Positions 1 to 12,100 are shown, counted from the stretch's first letter. The stretch is 20,000 nt of DNA from an uncultured virus (IMG/VR IMGVR_UViG_3300042892_001971) (IMGVR_UViG_3300042892_001971); one strand, 5' to 3'. A program made the numbers and translations. The notes: generated by a model not told the origin, from the sequence alone.

Positions 1-3000
1 AACTTTGGCGTTGAACACTGTGCCAATGAGACTCAAACCAGCTGAGGTGTTGGCTGTGTAAACTTGGCTGGCAGCAAACTGGGTAAACTCTATATTGGTT
101 GTACCAAATATAATTGTCCCAGTTGGGGCAGTTACAACATAACTTTCGCCTGCACCTGTATCACCAGATTGCACAAAGAAATAATCGCCTATGTCCAATT
201 GTGAAGTTGACTTTGGTCCATATGTATTGGTATCGGTGGAACGAGTCAACTCCCATCTGGCTGTAGCATTACCAACCGCAGTAACAGTATAAACACCGTT
301 TTCAAATGCACTAGTCTGTTGGTAAACCAACACACGTTGACTACTGGTTAGAGTCACACCGTCAATTTGAATAGCTGCATTTGCAGCAGCGTTGGTCAGT
401 GTGGCACCTACACCTGAGTTAGCTCGTGAACCAATGGTCAATCCAGTACCGTTGGTCAACGTGGTTATTTCCGTGCCATCATGACTGAGACTCAGTGTGA
501 TCTGATTGCTACCATTGGTACTGTAAACAAAATAAGCTGTACCGGCAGTAATACCATTGGTTGTACTGCTAAAAACAATTACATCATTTACCAACAGTGC
601 TGGACTAGATCCAAATGTCAGTGTTTTGTTTCCTGAAATTGTAGTGACTGTTTGAGTGGTACCACCATCTGCATAAGTTGCAACTAAGTTGACGGGACTT
701 TCCACATACACTGGTGTGTGAATAGTCAGGCCAGCACTTACAGAATCATCCACATACTGTTTGGTTGCAGCATCTGTAGACTGGACAGGACTAGCTACAG
801 AATTGATAAAAGTGGTAGCAAGAACAATGTTGCCAGTGCCATTAGGTTGCAGATAGATATTGGCATTGGCAGTAGTTGTGACTGCAATAGCAGAAGAGCC
901 AATGATATTGCCAGTAACTACTGCTGTGGTTGCAATTAAGTTGCCACCTTGAATGTTGCCCGTAGCTGTTACTAATCCGCCAGTAGTTATGTTATTACCA
1001 GTTACATTGCCTGTGGCAGATACCAATCCTGCGGTACGCAAATTACCAGCATCAACGTTGCCTGTGGCAGTTATTAGCCCGCCTGTGCTGATGTTACCAC
1101 CAATTACGTTAGCAGTGGCCACAACGTTGGCGCCTGTTAAAATGTTGCCTGTAGAACTAACTACTCCGCCTGTTAGGACATTACCACCCGACACATTGGC
1201 TGCTGAGGTAATGTTACCAGTTGCAGAAATCAATCCGCCAGTTAGAACATTTCCACCTGTTATATTTCCAGTTGCATTTGCTGTGCCACTCACTGACAAG
1301 CTGGTGAGTGTGCCAACTGTGGTCAAACTTGAGAACAATACATTTGAACTTAGAGTATTGCCAGTTAAATTGTTTGCGTCAACACTGCTGGCTGTGACAC
1401 CTGTTAGCTGTGAGCCGTTGCCAATAAAGAACGATCCTGTGTTGGCTGTGATATTGCCTACAGAACTTACCTGTCCGGCAGTTGTTATGTTACCGCCAAC
1501 TACGTTAGCAGTGGCACTGAGTGTGGTACTAGAAATTACGTTGGCACCAGAAATATTACCACCTGATCCAGTTGTGGAAATATTACCAAATGTACCATTA
1601 CCAGTTGCCGAAATCAATCCGCCAGTTAGAACATTACCACCGGTGACATTGCCGCTTGCACTCAATTCACCTGTGACATACTCGCCAGTTGTGGCAAATA
1701 CAGCAACGTTTGACGTACCACCAATTCCAATGGCTACATTGCCGCCTGAACTTACCACACGCACATTACTTGTGCCATTTTGTATTGATGTGGCATCAAT
1801 GCCAGTAAGTTGGCTACCATTGCCCAGGATGTAATTGCCGGAAATGTTACCAGTTGTTGAAATATTACCTGTACCAACTATACCCACAGTGTTTACATTA
1901 CCTGTAGAACTCAATGTTGATCCAGTGATTGTTGTGCCGGTAATTGCACCACCTGCTGAAATCAATCCACCTGTTAGAACATTACCACCTGTAATGTTGC
2001 CTGTGGCACTTGCTGTGCCACCTGTGGCTAAATTGCCACCAGTAATTGTGGCTGCTGATGTAATGGTTGATGTGGCAGAGATCAATCCACCGGTTAGAAC
2101 ATTGCCACCAGTGATGTTACCTGCGGCACTTGCTGTGCCGCCTGTGGCCAAGTTGCCACCTGTGATTGTAGCCACAGCAGATATCAATCCACCTGTTAGA
2201 ACATTACCACCTGTGACGTTACCTGTAGCAGATACTGAGTTTCCAGCAGTTATGTCGTTGAATGCGTTTATACTGTTGGCAGAAAAAATGTTTGCTGTTG
2301 CAAGGCCAGTAGCATTAGAAGTTAAACTTTGAGAGCCAAGATAAAGAGTAGTTCCTGATAGATACAAATCTTTCCAAAGTTGTCCAGGGCCACCTAAATT
2401 ATATATTGTATTAGCACTTGGCAACAAATTACCAGTTACGTTACCGGTAATGCTGAAGTTATTTGTTTCAGTTAATCCATTAGTAATTAAATTACCAGCA
2501 GTTATGGTTTGAGCTGAGGTAATAGTTGAAGCAGCTGAAATCAATCCAGCAGTTAGAATGTTTCCACCAGTTACGTTAGCAGTTGCAGATATCAATCCAC
2601 CAGTTAGGATGTTTCCACCAGTGACATTACCGCTTGCACTAACAACCGAACCTATTAAATTGTCACCAATGATATTGCCAGTTGCGCTTAATAACCCAGT
2701 GATGTATTCACCAGTTGTTGCAAACACTGCTACATTACCAGTTCCGCCAATTCCAATGGATACATTACCACCTGAGCTGACTACCCGTACATTTGATGTG
2801 CCGTTTTGTATGGAAGTGGCATCAATGCCAGTAAGTTGGCTACCATTACCTAAAATGTAGTTTCCGCTAACATTACCAGTTGCAGAGATCAATCCACCTG
2901 TTAGAACATTACCACCTGTAATATTGCCTGACGCACTCACAACACCTGTAACATATTCGCCTGTAGAAGCCCACTGTATTACGTTACTAGTTCCACCAAT

Positions 3001-3321
3001 GCCTACTGTGATATTGCCATTGGCCACACCAGCATTGATGTTTGATGTACCATTTGAAATATTAGTAATGTTTAAATTAGCAGTATTGATACCGGTCAAA
3101 TAATAACCGTTACCAATGAAAAAGTTAGCACTAGTAATATTACCTGTCACACTGGCAGTAGTGCCTACAGTTATAGCACCATTCACAGCAATTGTGTTGG
3201 CTGTGATGATATTTGCGGTGGAAAGAATTCTTGTCCAACTGTTTGTAGCAGTGCTGTACTGATACGATACTTGATTAACTACTGTTACTTGTCCATTAGT
3301 GGGTGATATTGGAAAGGCCAT
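1..3321 (-). CDS. Large Gly/Asn/Thr-rich repeat fibre/virion surface protein, 3'-truncated by the window edge (>1107 aa); paralog of 6134..13141
   Basis: Not in the ORF track because it runs off the window. ATG at 3321 is preceded by AGGAG. Translation starts MAFPISPTNGQVTVVNQVSYQYSTATNSWTRI, continues with GNITGGNVLTGGLISATG-type repeats, four [FY]xxGNGxxLTG motifs and DAATKQYVD (~746-772). It reaches ...QVYTANTSAGLSLIGTVFNAKV at base 1 in the same frame, matching QTYTANTNAGISLIGTQFNTKV in the 2335-aa protein. Confidence 0.9.
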   Translation of the reverse strand, partial: MAFPISPTNGQVTVVNQVSYQYSTATNSWTRILSTANIITANTIAVNGAITVGTTASVTGNITSANFFIGNGYYLTGINTANLNITNISNGTSNINAGVANGNITVGIGGTSNVIQWASTGEYVTGVVSASGNITGGNVLTGGLISATGNVSGNYILGNGSQLTGIDATSIQNGTSNVRVVSSGGNVSIGIGGTGNVAVFATTGEYITGLLSATGNIIGDNLIGSVVSASGNVTGGNILTGGLISATANVTGGNILTAGLISAASTITSAQTITAGNLITNGLTETNNFSITGNVTGNLLPSANTIYNLGGPGQLWKDLYLSGTTLYLGSQSLTSNATGLATANIFSANSINAFNDITAGNSVSATGNVTGGNVLTGGLISAVATITGGNLATGGTASAAGNITGGNVLTGGLISATSTITSAATITGGNLATGGTASATGNITGGNVLTGGLISAGGAITGTTITGSTLSSTGNVNTVGIVGTGNISTTGNISGNYILGNGSQLTGIDATSIQNGTSNVRVVSSGGNVAIGIGGTSNVAVFATTGEYVTGELSASGNVTGGNVLTGGLISATGNGTFGNISTTGSGGNISGANVISSTTLSATANVVGGNITTAGQVSSVGNITANTGSFFIGNGSQLTGVTASSVDANNLTGNTLSSNVLFSSLTTVGTLTSLSVSGTANATGNITGGNVLTGGLISATGNITSAANVSGGNVLTGGVVSSTGNILTGANVVATANVIGGNISTGGLITATGNVDAGNLRTAGLVSATGNVTGNNITTGGLVTATGNIQGGNLIATTAVVTGNIIGSSAIAVTTTANANIYLQPNGTGNIVLATTFINSVASPVQSTDAATKQYVDDSVSAGLTIHTPVYVESPVNLVATYADGGTTQTVTTISGNKTLTFGSSPALLVNDVIVFSSTTNGITAGTAYFVYSTNGSNQITLSLSHDGTEITTLTNGTGLTIGSRANSGVGATLTNAAANAAIQIDGVTLTSSQRVLVYQQTSAFENGVYTVTAVGNATARWELTRSTDTNTYGPKSTSQLDIGDYFFVQSGDTGAGESYVVTAPTGTIIFGTTNIEFTQFAASQVYTANTSAGLSLIGTVFNAKV

Positions 3322-3341
3322 TCTTTACTCCTGATTAGTAC

Positions 3342-3348
3342 TACTTAT
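3342..3348 (-). promoter_or_regulatory. Putative T4-type late promoter motif ATAAGTA
   Basis: Minus strand reads CATAAGTAGTACTAATCAGGAGTAAAGAATG. The motif is 20 nt before the ATG, resembles the T4 late -10 element TATAAATA, and recurs before other genes in the window. Confidence 0.6.
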
Positions 3349-3374
3349 GACAGCATAAACAATTTTTTGCTGCG

Positions 3375-4049
3375 TCATAATGATTTTTGCCATGCCAACC
3401 ACTCTTCACGAGTCATTGTTTGCGGCACCGTTATTGCTGGTTTTGGTGTTGCGAACACCATTCTTAACTGGCTTTCTAGCCATTCTTCACGTGTCATCTT
3501 TTGCGGTGCAGCTACCACTGTTTCGGCACCGGGCAATGTTATTTTTAACTGGCTTTCTAGCCATTCTTCACGTGTCATCGGTGTGTTAGACACCTGTTGC
3601 TGTGCTACCCAATGTTGCTGTTCTTTTTCAAAATCCAGCACAGCTCCCTGACGTGCCTGTTCTTCAAACCACTGTTCCACTGACAATTTTTCTGGTTCTT
3701 CTGTAGGTTGCTGTTGTTTGTTAAACTCGGCCAACTGCTCCGGAGTCATTGTGGGTGCTGGGTATTTTTCTTTTACAGCACGAATTCTTGCAGACATTTC
3801 TGGGGGGAAAACTCCAGCATGATACAGTGCATCCAGCTGTTCTTGAATGGTAGGATACTCTGTAGCACGATTTCTGCGGTACTCGTGCCAATCATGTATC
3901 ATCTGCAGGCGTTGTTGTTCGGCAGCAATTTGCTCGTTAGTTATGGGTGGATTTTCTGGGTTGATCCAGGTCACTGAATCATCATGCACTGCCACAGATA
4001 CTTCTGCCCCAGGCACTAGACTTTGTATGGCTTGAATTTTACTGATCAT
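3375..4049 (-). CDS. Small fibre-associated (tail-fibre assembly/chaperone-like) protein with C-terminal MTREEWL repeats, 224 aa
   Basis: The better start is ATG 4049 (MISKIQAIQSLVPGAE), which overlaps the TGA of the upstream gene as ATGA. The N-terminal ~95 aa (YRRNRATEYPTIQEQLDALYH...IRAVKEKYP) resemble the small proteins that follow fibre genes in aquatic phages. Confidence 0.75.
   Translation of the reverse strand: MISKIQAIQSLVPGAEVSVAVHDDSVTWINPENPPITNEQIAAEQQRLQMIHDWHEYRRNRATEYPTIQEQLDALYHAGVFPPEMSARIRAVKEKYPAPTMTPEQLAEFNKQQQPTEEPEKLSVEQWFEEQARQGAVLDFEKEQQHWVAQQQVSNTPMTREEWLESQLKITLPGAETVVAAPQKMTREEWLESQLRMVFATPKPAITVPQTMTREEWLAWQKSL
3399..3579 (-). repeat. In-frame 81-bp-period repeat encoding MTREEWL(ESQL) three times
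   Basis: Identical 35-bp copies at 3464-3498 and 3545-3579. A degenerate third copy ends at 3416 with the same 81-bp spacing. Confidence 0.9.
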
Positions 4050-6133
4050 GGTACGGCAATCTCCATGGCAATTATCCACATGTTGGAACTGGTCAATGTG
4101 CTGGAAGAATTGGATATTTTCTGTTGCATTTTGTAAGTAACAGGTGAAGTGGTACCTGGACTGTCCAAGTAACTGAATGCCACTGCAGATGATCCACCCA
4201 CTCCGCCGCCAGCAATGTTAGCACTGTAGTCTTGTATTTGTAACGACGCGGCGGTACGCACCAATTGTGTACTGGCAGTTAGATTTGCCGCAGCCAATGG
4301 AGTAAAACTACTAGTTCCGGTAGCAATAATCAATACCTTGCTGTTGGCACTAGACGGCTGAATAACCACGTTGGCCAGTGCAATATCGCTATAACTGGTA
4401 CCTGTAGTAGCACTACCACCTAGGCTTGTGCTCATTATGGTCTGTACCACAGCACCAGACGGCATGTTGGATGCAGTCAATCTGTTGTTGGTATAGAGAT
4501 TTTGTGTGTAAGTGTTGCGGAAATACACAGTGTTGGTGCCAATGTCGTATGTGACATTGGCAACTGGTACCAGTGTACCACTAATTGCCACGTTGGCTAC
4601 CACACCGCCAGCAAATGCAGGGCTTGTAGTATCTACCCAGTATGTGCTGGTTCCGTCATTTATGTATTCATACAGCACATCGCTGGCAGTGTCGTACCAT
4701 TGATCTGTAACTTTAGGTGCCGGGCTTGTGGGAGGTGCTGTGTTGGCAGTGTAAATTATGCCTGGTGGAACTGGAGTTCCGTTGGCATAGTAATAGTAAT
4801 CTGACAGTATTGCATTGCCGTACACATTGCCTGATGTAGATACTATACCAACAGTTAATATATTGCCGCCAGTGATGTTACCTGTAGCACTGACTTGACC
4901 GCTTGTAGTGATGTTGCCAGTTACACTTTGAGCGCCAGCAACACTTAACAGTTGAGTTGAGTCGTTAAACGTAAAGTTGGCGCTGGCACCAAATCCACCA
5001 GACCCATCATTGTATTGAATTTGAGTATTAGAGCCAGCTGGTTGTTGGAAATCCCACGCCACACCATTAGCATGGTACAAGCCATCAGTCAACAAATTGC
5101 CAATGGCTGCATTGGCAGTTGTGGTAATATTACTTGTAGAATTGATTACACTAAGCACATTGCCACTTAGACTCAACCCAGCTGCATTTAAGTTATTGCC
5201 AGTTATGTTTCCAGTTGCACTAATCAATCCACCAGTAAGTACATTGCCACCAATAACATTACCAGAGACTGATACATTAGATAGTGTACCAACGGATGTT
5301 AGACTTGAATATAGTACATTTGAGCTTAAGGTATTGCCAGTCAATGCATTGGCATCTACACTTGATGCTGTAACCCCAGTTAACTGACTGCCGTTACCAA
5401 TAAAGTAATTGCCAGTTACGTTGCCTGTTACACTTATCAATCCTGTTGCAGTAATATTTCCTGTTACTGATGTATTTGCAAGTATTATTACACTGCCGCT
5501 GCCATTGGGATCAAATACCAAATCACCATTGGTGTTTAGCGTTGCAATGGTATTACCGGTGATCTGTATGTTGCCAATGTTGGCACTGGGTAAATTGGTT
5601 ACACCAAGTTGCCCTACATATCTGTAACCTGTGATAAAAATACTCTTGCCAGCAGTGAGTGTACTGGGAATTGTTTCGCCAATGAAGTTTAATACACCTG
5701 CTTGAGTATCAAAGAAAAACTCACCAACTCCGCTGATACCCGGAGCAAAGATTTGTGTGCCAGTTACTGTGGGATCTGCAGCACCAGCGGTATCAACCCA
5801 GACTTTGACTGGCCAAGTTGATCCGAATTCTTGAGGTATCCAATATTGTAAATTGGTCAGCCAAGTTGGGTAGATGCCACCAATGGTAGGAACAGTGTTA
5901 TCTGCTGTACACTCAATTCTGCTGGTGGTAAGATACCCCTGAGTTACATTTGCTACTACTTGGGCTGTGCCCGGAATCTGATCAGCTTGAGTCCAAACAA
6001 TGTCGCCACGCAATAGTGCCGGACTGGCAATACTTTCGTTTGACGCACTCTTCTGCGTGGCAGTGGCTGTTTTGGCCACGCCTTGTAATTTTTTAAACAG
6101 CAGGTCAATATATTGTGCAGTAGAAATTGACAT
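4046..6133 (-). CDS. Virion fibre/structural protein, 695 aa: globular N-terminal domain, G/N/T repeats and a C-terminal tip domain
   Basis: ORF track. It shares the YFIGNGSQLTGV-ASSVDAN-LTGNTLSSNVL module with the neighbouring fibres. The C-terminal GAVVQT...PSSANSKVLI...YLDSPGTTSPVTYK...AMEIA domain is of the type found at phage fibre tips. Its ATG directly abuts the upstream TAA. Confidence 0.8.
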   Translation of the reverse strand: MSISTAQYIDLLFKKLQGVAKTATATQKSASNESIASPALLRGDIVWTQADQIPGTAQVVANVTQGYLTTSRIECTADNTVPTIGGIYPTWLTNLQYWIPQEFGSTWPVKVWVDTAGAADPTVTGTQIFAPGISGVGEFFFDTQAGVLNFIGETIPSTLTAGKSIFITGYRYVGQLGVTNLPSANIGNIQITGNTIATLNTNGDLVFDPNGSGSVIILANTSVTGNITATGLISVTGNVTGNYFIGNGSQLTGVTASSVDANALTGNTLSSNVLYSSLTSVGTLSNVSVSGNVIGGNVLTGGLISATGNITGNNLNAAGLSLSGNVLSVINSTSNITTTANAAIGNLLTDGLYHANGVAWDFQQPAGSNTQIQYNDGSGGFGASANFTFNDSTQLLSVAGAQSVTGNITTSGQVSATGNITGGNILTVGIVSTSGNVYGNAILSDYYYYANGTPVPPGIIYTANTAPPTSPAPKVTDQWYDTASDVLYEYINDGTSTYWVDTTSPAFAGGVVANVAISGTLVPVANVTYDIGTNTVYFRNTYTQNLYTNNRLTASNMPSGAVVQTIMSTSLGGSATTGTSYSDIALANVVIQPSSANSKVLIIATGTSSFTPLAAANLTASTQLVRTAASLQIQDYSANIAGGGVGGSSAVAFSYLDSPGTTSPVTYKMQQKISNSSSTLTSSNMWIIAMEIAVP

Positions 6134-9100
6134 TTAGTTGCTCGCTGTTTCTAGTGTGAGTGCAGTCACACTTTGACCTGATGTAAGAGCTATTCTCACA
6201 TAAATTTCATTGGTTGCGGTGCTGGAACTGCTGACTGTTCCAAAGGTACATGTTCTACTACTGTTGGTCACAGATGTATTTACGCTTACTATACCGCCCA
6301 CTGCACATCCGTCACTGCCATTGCCCGGAGAATTCACACCAGGGTATCCTGCACCACCATAGGCCACTGCCATATTGATCCAACCATTGGCACCGGAACT
6401 GGAATCTATAACTGATCCAGGTAACGCCACCCACATGCCAGCAATTGTTCCTGTGTACTTGATGTCAAACTTAGACACCGCAGTACGCACAAATTTCATT
6501 GTGAAGTACTGTGTTCCTGAGCGTCCTGCACTCAAGTTTGGACCTGCTGGCAAATAGCCACTGGCGTAGTTGGTTTGATCGTGTTTGAGTACGCCACTTG
6601 ATCCTGACCCAACCACCGTGGCGTCATAAGTTTGTAGAGTGCTAGATTGGCTGTTAAATGCTGCTTCAGAGCCTGTGTAGGCAGGAGTGTTTCCTGTGCC
6701 AGGATTTACAATTCGATAAGCATTACCTGATCCTGTGCCAATTGTGGTGTTGATCACCACGTTGCTTTCTTCTATGGCTGTGGCTGTTCCGGATTTCCAC
6801 AACACAGTGTTGCCCAAAGCAGCGGTCAGTGTCAGTGTACCAGTTGAATAACTGTTGTTTACCGTCATGCTTGGACCAGTTGAGCTGCCACCAAATCCTG
6901 TTGTGACACTGGATGTGGTGTTAGCACTGGCGCTTGCAAAAGAATTCAGTACGTTGCTGCCAATGTTTGATCCGCTATAGGTAATTGCTGTAGGTGCCGC
7001 AAATGCACCGCCTGATGATCCAGATGCCAATGTGTTAGAAGTAGGATAAGTGTTGCCACTTATGTTGGCCACATTAAACGCAATGGTAAAGTTGTTGTTA
7101 TTGGTATAGTGAGGAATAGTGCTACTATACAACAAGTTGGCTGACCCCGGAGGTGTCATTGTGGTTGAACTAAAACTTGGTGCAGACGGACTTGAATTGT
7201 CATAGTACCACACTGTGGTATTGGTGTTGCCTGTACTGCTATCAGCAATGTACAATTCATTCCAGCCCGCTGGAGCAGATGCCCCACTTACTCTTGAAGA
7301 AAACACATACCAGAATCCTGCTGTGATATTGGCGTTGGCTGAATTATAATCAAAGTTGTTGCTAATTACCAAGTTACTGCCATAGGTACCATTGGCCGAC
7401 GGACTAGCGTTGGTGTTAAGAGTTACATTTCCTACGTTACTACCATTACGAACTGCGGTGATTGTGCCTGAATCGCCAGGGCCAACGTTGGCTATGGTGT
7501 TGGTTGCGTAGGTCGCTACTCTTAACACATTGGCTACTGAAGTACCAGCAGCTACTGATCGGTTGGCCCCAGGTGTGTTGTCCACCTGTGTGATGTTGGC
7601 CATGCGGTAAGTTGTGATACCAGACAATGAAAGTGTGTTAGCACCTGGAAAGTTAGGCGGAGACGGTGGAACTAATTTTCCTAAAACTTGATTGAGCAAT
7701 GCTAATCCATTCGTTACTGTTGTTGCGGTAGTCAATGTCACGGCGTTGCTTACCAATGCACCAGCTGTGTTAGTGCCCATGTTGACATTGTTGCCAAGTA
7801 TGCCAGTCAATTGCAGGCCGTTGCCCAAAATGTAATCACCGGTGATATTACCAGTTGCACTTACTATACCAGCAGTAAGTATATTTCCACCAGTAATGTT
7901 AGCAGCAGAAGTAATAGTCGACGTGGCACTAATCAATCCACCGGTAGTTAAATTACCACCAATCACATTGGCAGTAGCACTAACTTCACCAACAGTAGTA
8001 ATGTTACCACCAATCACATTGGCAGTGGCACTAATGGTTGTTCCGGAGATCACGTTGGCACCAGAAATATTACCACTGATACTTAAATTACCACCAGTGA
8101 TATTACCTGTAGCACTTATCAATCCACCAGTTAGAACGTTGCCGCTGATTGCATTACCAGTCAAGCTCAAACTGGTACCAGTTGCGGCGCCAATGTTTGG
8201 TGTGGTTAGGTTCGCACTGGCCTTGACAATAATGTTGCCACCGGCATCGAATGCTGTGGTATCATTGTCAACTTTGGTATTGAATTGCGTTCCAATTAGA
8301 CTTATACCAGCATTTGTGTTAGCGGTGTATGTTTGTGAACTACTGAATTGACTGAAAGTAATTCCGCTGGTACCAAACGTGATAGTTCCGGCAGGAGCAC
8401 TTACAACAAATGCCGCACCTTTGTTTACTGTTCCATTTTGAACAAAGAAGTAATCATTAACGCTTAACTGTTCAGAGCTGTCCGGACCGTATTGATCAGC
8501 GTCAGTAGCACGAACAATAACAGTAGCGTTTGCCCATGTGTACACGCCATTGAAGACTGTGTTGCCTTCATTTTGTACTAAAATTCTAGTGCCTGCTGTT
8601 TGTACATTAGCAGTGTCAATTAAATTAAACGAACCAGTGGTAGTAAGAGTTGCGCCAACACCATTAGCTAGACCGTTGGGCTGAGCATAGGTAATTGTAC
8701 CACCTGTGGCAGTGGCCAAGTCAGTAGTAGTGGCTGCCAATACTGGTGAGTGATAAGCAATACCAGTTGACACCATATTGTCAACGTACAATTTGGTTGC
8801 AGCATCCGTGTCTTGTAATGGATATGCCAAACTATTAATAATAGTGTTAGCAAGAACAATATTGCCTGCAGGTTGCAGATTCAAATTGCCAGTAGGAGTG
8901 GTAATTGTTAACTCGCCACTCACTGGCCTAATTGCACTGGTGTTGACATTGGCAGCAATCACGTTGCCAGTAACACTAACCAGCGTGGTAGCAAAAATAT
9001 TGTTGCCAGAAATATTGCCACTGGCTGTGATCAATCCTGTGGTAGTAATATTTCCGCCAACTACGTTAGCAGTTGCTGATATCAATCCACCAGTTAATAA

Positions 9101-12100
9101 GTTACCACCTGTAATGTTGCCAGTAACTGATGCAAGACCAACAGTGTTTATGTTGCCTACATCTATATTGCCGGTTGCAGAGATCAATCCACCAGTTAAT
9201 AAGTTACCACCTGTAATGTTGCCAGTAACTGATGCAAGACCAACAGTGTTTATGTTGCCTACATCTATATTGCCGGTTGCAGAGATCAATCCACCAGTTA
9301 GTAAATTACCACTGGTTGTGTTACCTACTACACTCAAGTTAGCCAAATTGCCAACTGTGGTCAAACTAGAATATAAAACGTTTGAACTTAATGTGTTACC
9401 AATTAGTGCATTGGCATTTACACTAGATGCTGCCACACCAGTTAGTTGACTACCGTTACCAAAGAAGTAATTGCCAGTAACGTTGCCAGTTGCACTCAGT
9501 TCACCTGTGATGTATTCACCAGTTGTGGCAAACACAGCCACATTGCCTGTGCCGCCTACGCCTACAGAAACATTGCCACCAGAACTAACAACAGTGACAT
9601 TTGATGTGCCGTTGTTGATGTTGGCCACTGATGTGATCACGCCAGTCAACAAAGCACCATTGCCCAAAATGTAATTGCCGCTGATGTTACCAGTAGCCGA
9701 TACTAGACCTGTGGTATAAACACCAGTTGTGGCAAATGTTGTGACGTTGTAATTTCCTGCCACAGTAACAGTCACATTACCATTTGCTGCCACAGTAACA
9801 TTACTACTACCGTTTGTGATAGCAGCGCCAGCTGTGGCAATAATGCCAGTCAGTAAAGAACCGTTACCAACAAAGTATTGACCGGCAATATTACCAGTTG
9901 CACTGATCAATCCTGCGGTGCGTAGGTTACCACTTTGAATGTTACCAGTTACTGAAAGAACTTGTGTGGTTTTGTTAAATGTTAGACCGGCATTAGCACC
10001 AGCTAGGCCGCCATCATTGAATAAAATTTGTGTGGTTGTACCTGGTACCGTAATATTACCAGTAACATTACCAATGAAGTTGGCAGCGTACATGTTGCCA
10101 GTGGCACTAACTATACCATTGGTGTATATGTTGCTGCCGGTTACATTACCAACACCTGAAATATTGTTTCCTGATATGTCACCTGTGGCATTTATCTGTC
10201 CAGAGAATTCAACTGCATCTGCTTGGACAGTCAATACTGCTGGATCAAAATTGCTAGGATAAAGATTGGCTAGACCAATTTTTAATTGGTTGGTAGCACG
10301 AATATTGTTAGCACTAATGTTGCCAGCAGTAAGAATGTTACCGCCTGTGATGTTTGCACTGGCACTGATTACTGATCCTAACAGACTTGACCCAGTTATT
10401 GTGCCTGTTGCAGATATCAACCCACCAGTACGTAAATTACCACCTGTGATGTTGGCAGCACTTGTGATTGTACCAGTTGCTGACATCAGCCCAGTAGTTA
10501 ATATGCTACCACCAGTGATATCGGCAGTGGTTGTGACTGGACCGGTTAGGCTGACTAGGTTGCCAGTATATGTGGGCAAGTAAGCCGCAACATTGGCATT
10601 TGAGTAATTACCTGCTGGAAGATTTGTAAGCTGACTGCCATCACCTAAAATATAAGTACCACGAACATTACCAGTAGTTGATATGTTGCCACCAGTGATA
10701 TTGCTTGTGGTTGTGACTGGACCAGTTAGGCTGACTAAGTTACCTGTGTATGTAGGCAAGTAAGCCGCAACATTAGCATTTGAGTAATTGTTGTTACCAC
10801 TGGCAATGCCAGTTAAGAAAGCGCCATTGCCAATGAAGTATGTGCCGGTGACGTTGCCTACTGCACTAACTATGCCCAACGACTCTACATTGGCAGCAAC
10901 TAAATTGCCTGTGGCAATGTTACCACCTGCAATATTACCTGTGGCTGTGATTGATCCAGCAGTACGTAAATTGCCGCCTGTGATATTGGCAGTAGTAGTA
11001 ACTGGTCCAGTTAGACTAACTAAGTTACCTGTGTATGTGGGCAAGTAAGCCGCAACATTGGCATTTGAGTAATCGCCTGCTGGCAAATTAGTAAGTTGAC
11101 TACCATCACCTAAAATATAAGTGCCGCTAACATTGCCAGCAGTGCTGACATTACCAGCAAGGATATTGCCTGTGCTGACATTGCCGCCTGTGATATTTCC
11201 TGTGGCTGTTATTGATCCAGCAGTGCTAACATTGCCACCTGTGATATTACTTGTGGTTGTGACTGGACCTGTTAGGCTTGTAAGATTGCCAGTGTAGGTA
11301 GGAAGATAATTGGCTACGTTTGCATTTGAATAATTACCAGCTGGTAAGTTAGTAAGTTGACTGCCATCACCTAAAATATAAGTGCCGCTGACATTGCCAG
11401 CAGTGCTGACATTGCCAGCAAGTATATTTCCAGTAGCAATATTGCCACCTGTGATGTTACCAGCGGCAGATATCAATCCACCAGTTTGTAAGTTACTACC
11501 AGTTATATTAGCTGTAGTTGTTACTGGACCTGTTAAGCTCGCAAGGTTACCGGTATAAGTTGGCAAGTAGGCAGCAACATTAGCATTTGAGTAATTGCCT
11601 GCTGGTAAGTTTGTTAATTGGCTACCATCACCTAGAAAGTATGCAGCCTGAACATTACCAACTGTGCTGACATTGGCAGCAATAACATTACCAGTAGAAA
11701 CATTTCCACCAACAACATTGCCAGATACAGTTAGACTTCCGCCAGTTTGTAAGTTACCACCTGTGATGTTACTTGTGGTTGTAACTGGTCCGGTTAGACT
11801 CGCAAGATTACCAGTGTAGGTAGGAAGATAATTGGCTACATTGGCGTTGGAATAATTGCCTGCTGGTAAGTTTGTTAATTGGCTACCATCACCTAATATG
11901 TACGCACCAATCACATTGCCAGTGGCGCTGATTGTTCCTGCAATACTTGCATTACCACCTGTGACATTACCAGTAGCAATATTACCAGTGGTAATATTTC
12001 CAGATACAGTTAGACTTCCACCAGTTTGTAAGTTACCGCCAGTGATATTACTTGTGGTGGTTACTGGTCCTGTTAAGTTCGCAAGATTGCCAGTATATGT

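Noticed and set aside
3346..3379. Imperfect hairpin TATGA-CG-CAGCA...TGCTG-TCATA as a terminator
   Set aside because: It has a long AT-rich loop, a bulged stem and no following U-tract, so it is too weak to call.
3399..3579. 35-bp repeats with a 46-bp spacer as a mini CRISPR array
   Set aside because: There are only two exact copies, the period is 27 codons in frame within a CDS, the third copy keeps MTREEWL through synonymous changes, and no cas genes are present.
4050..4079. ORF-track start at 4079 for the 234-aa ORF
   Set aside because: It overlaps the upstream gene by 34 bp. ATG 4049 gives the typical ATGA coupling.
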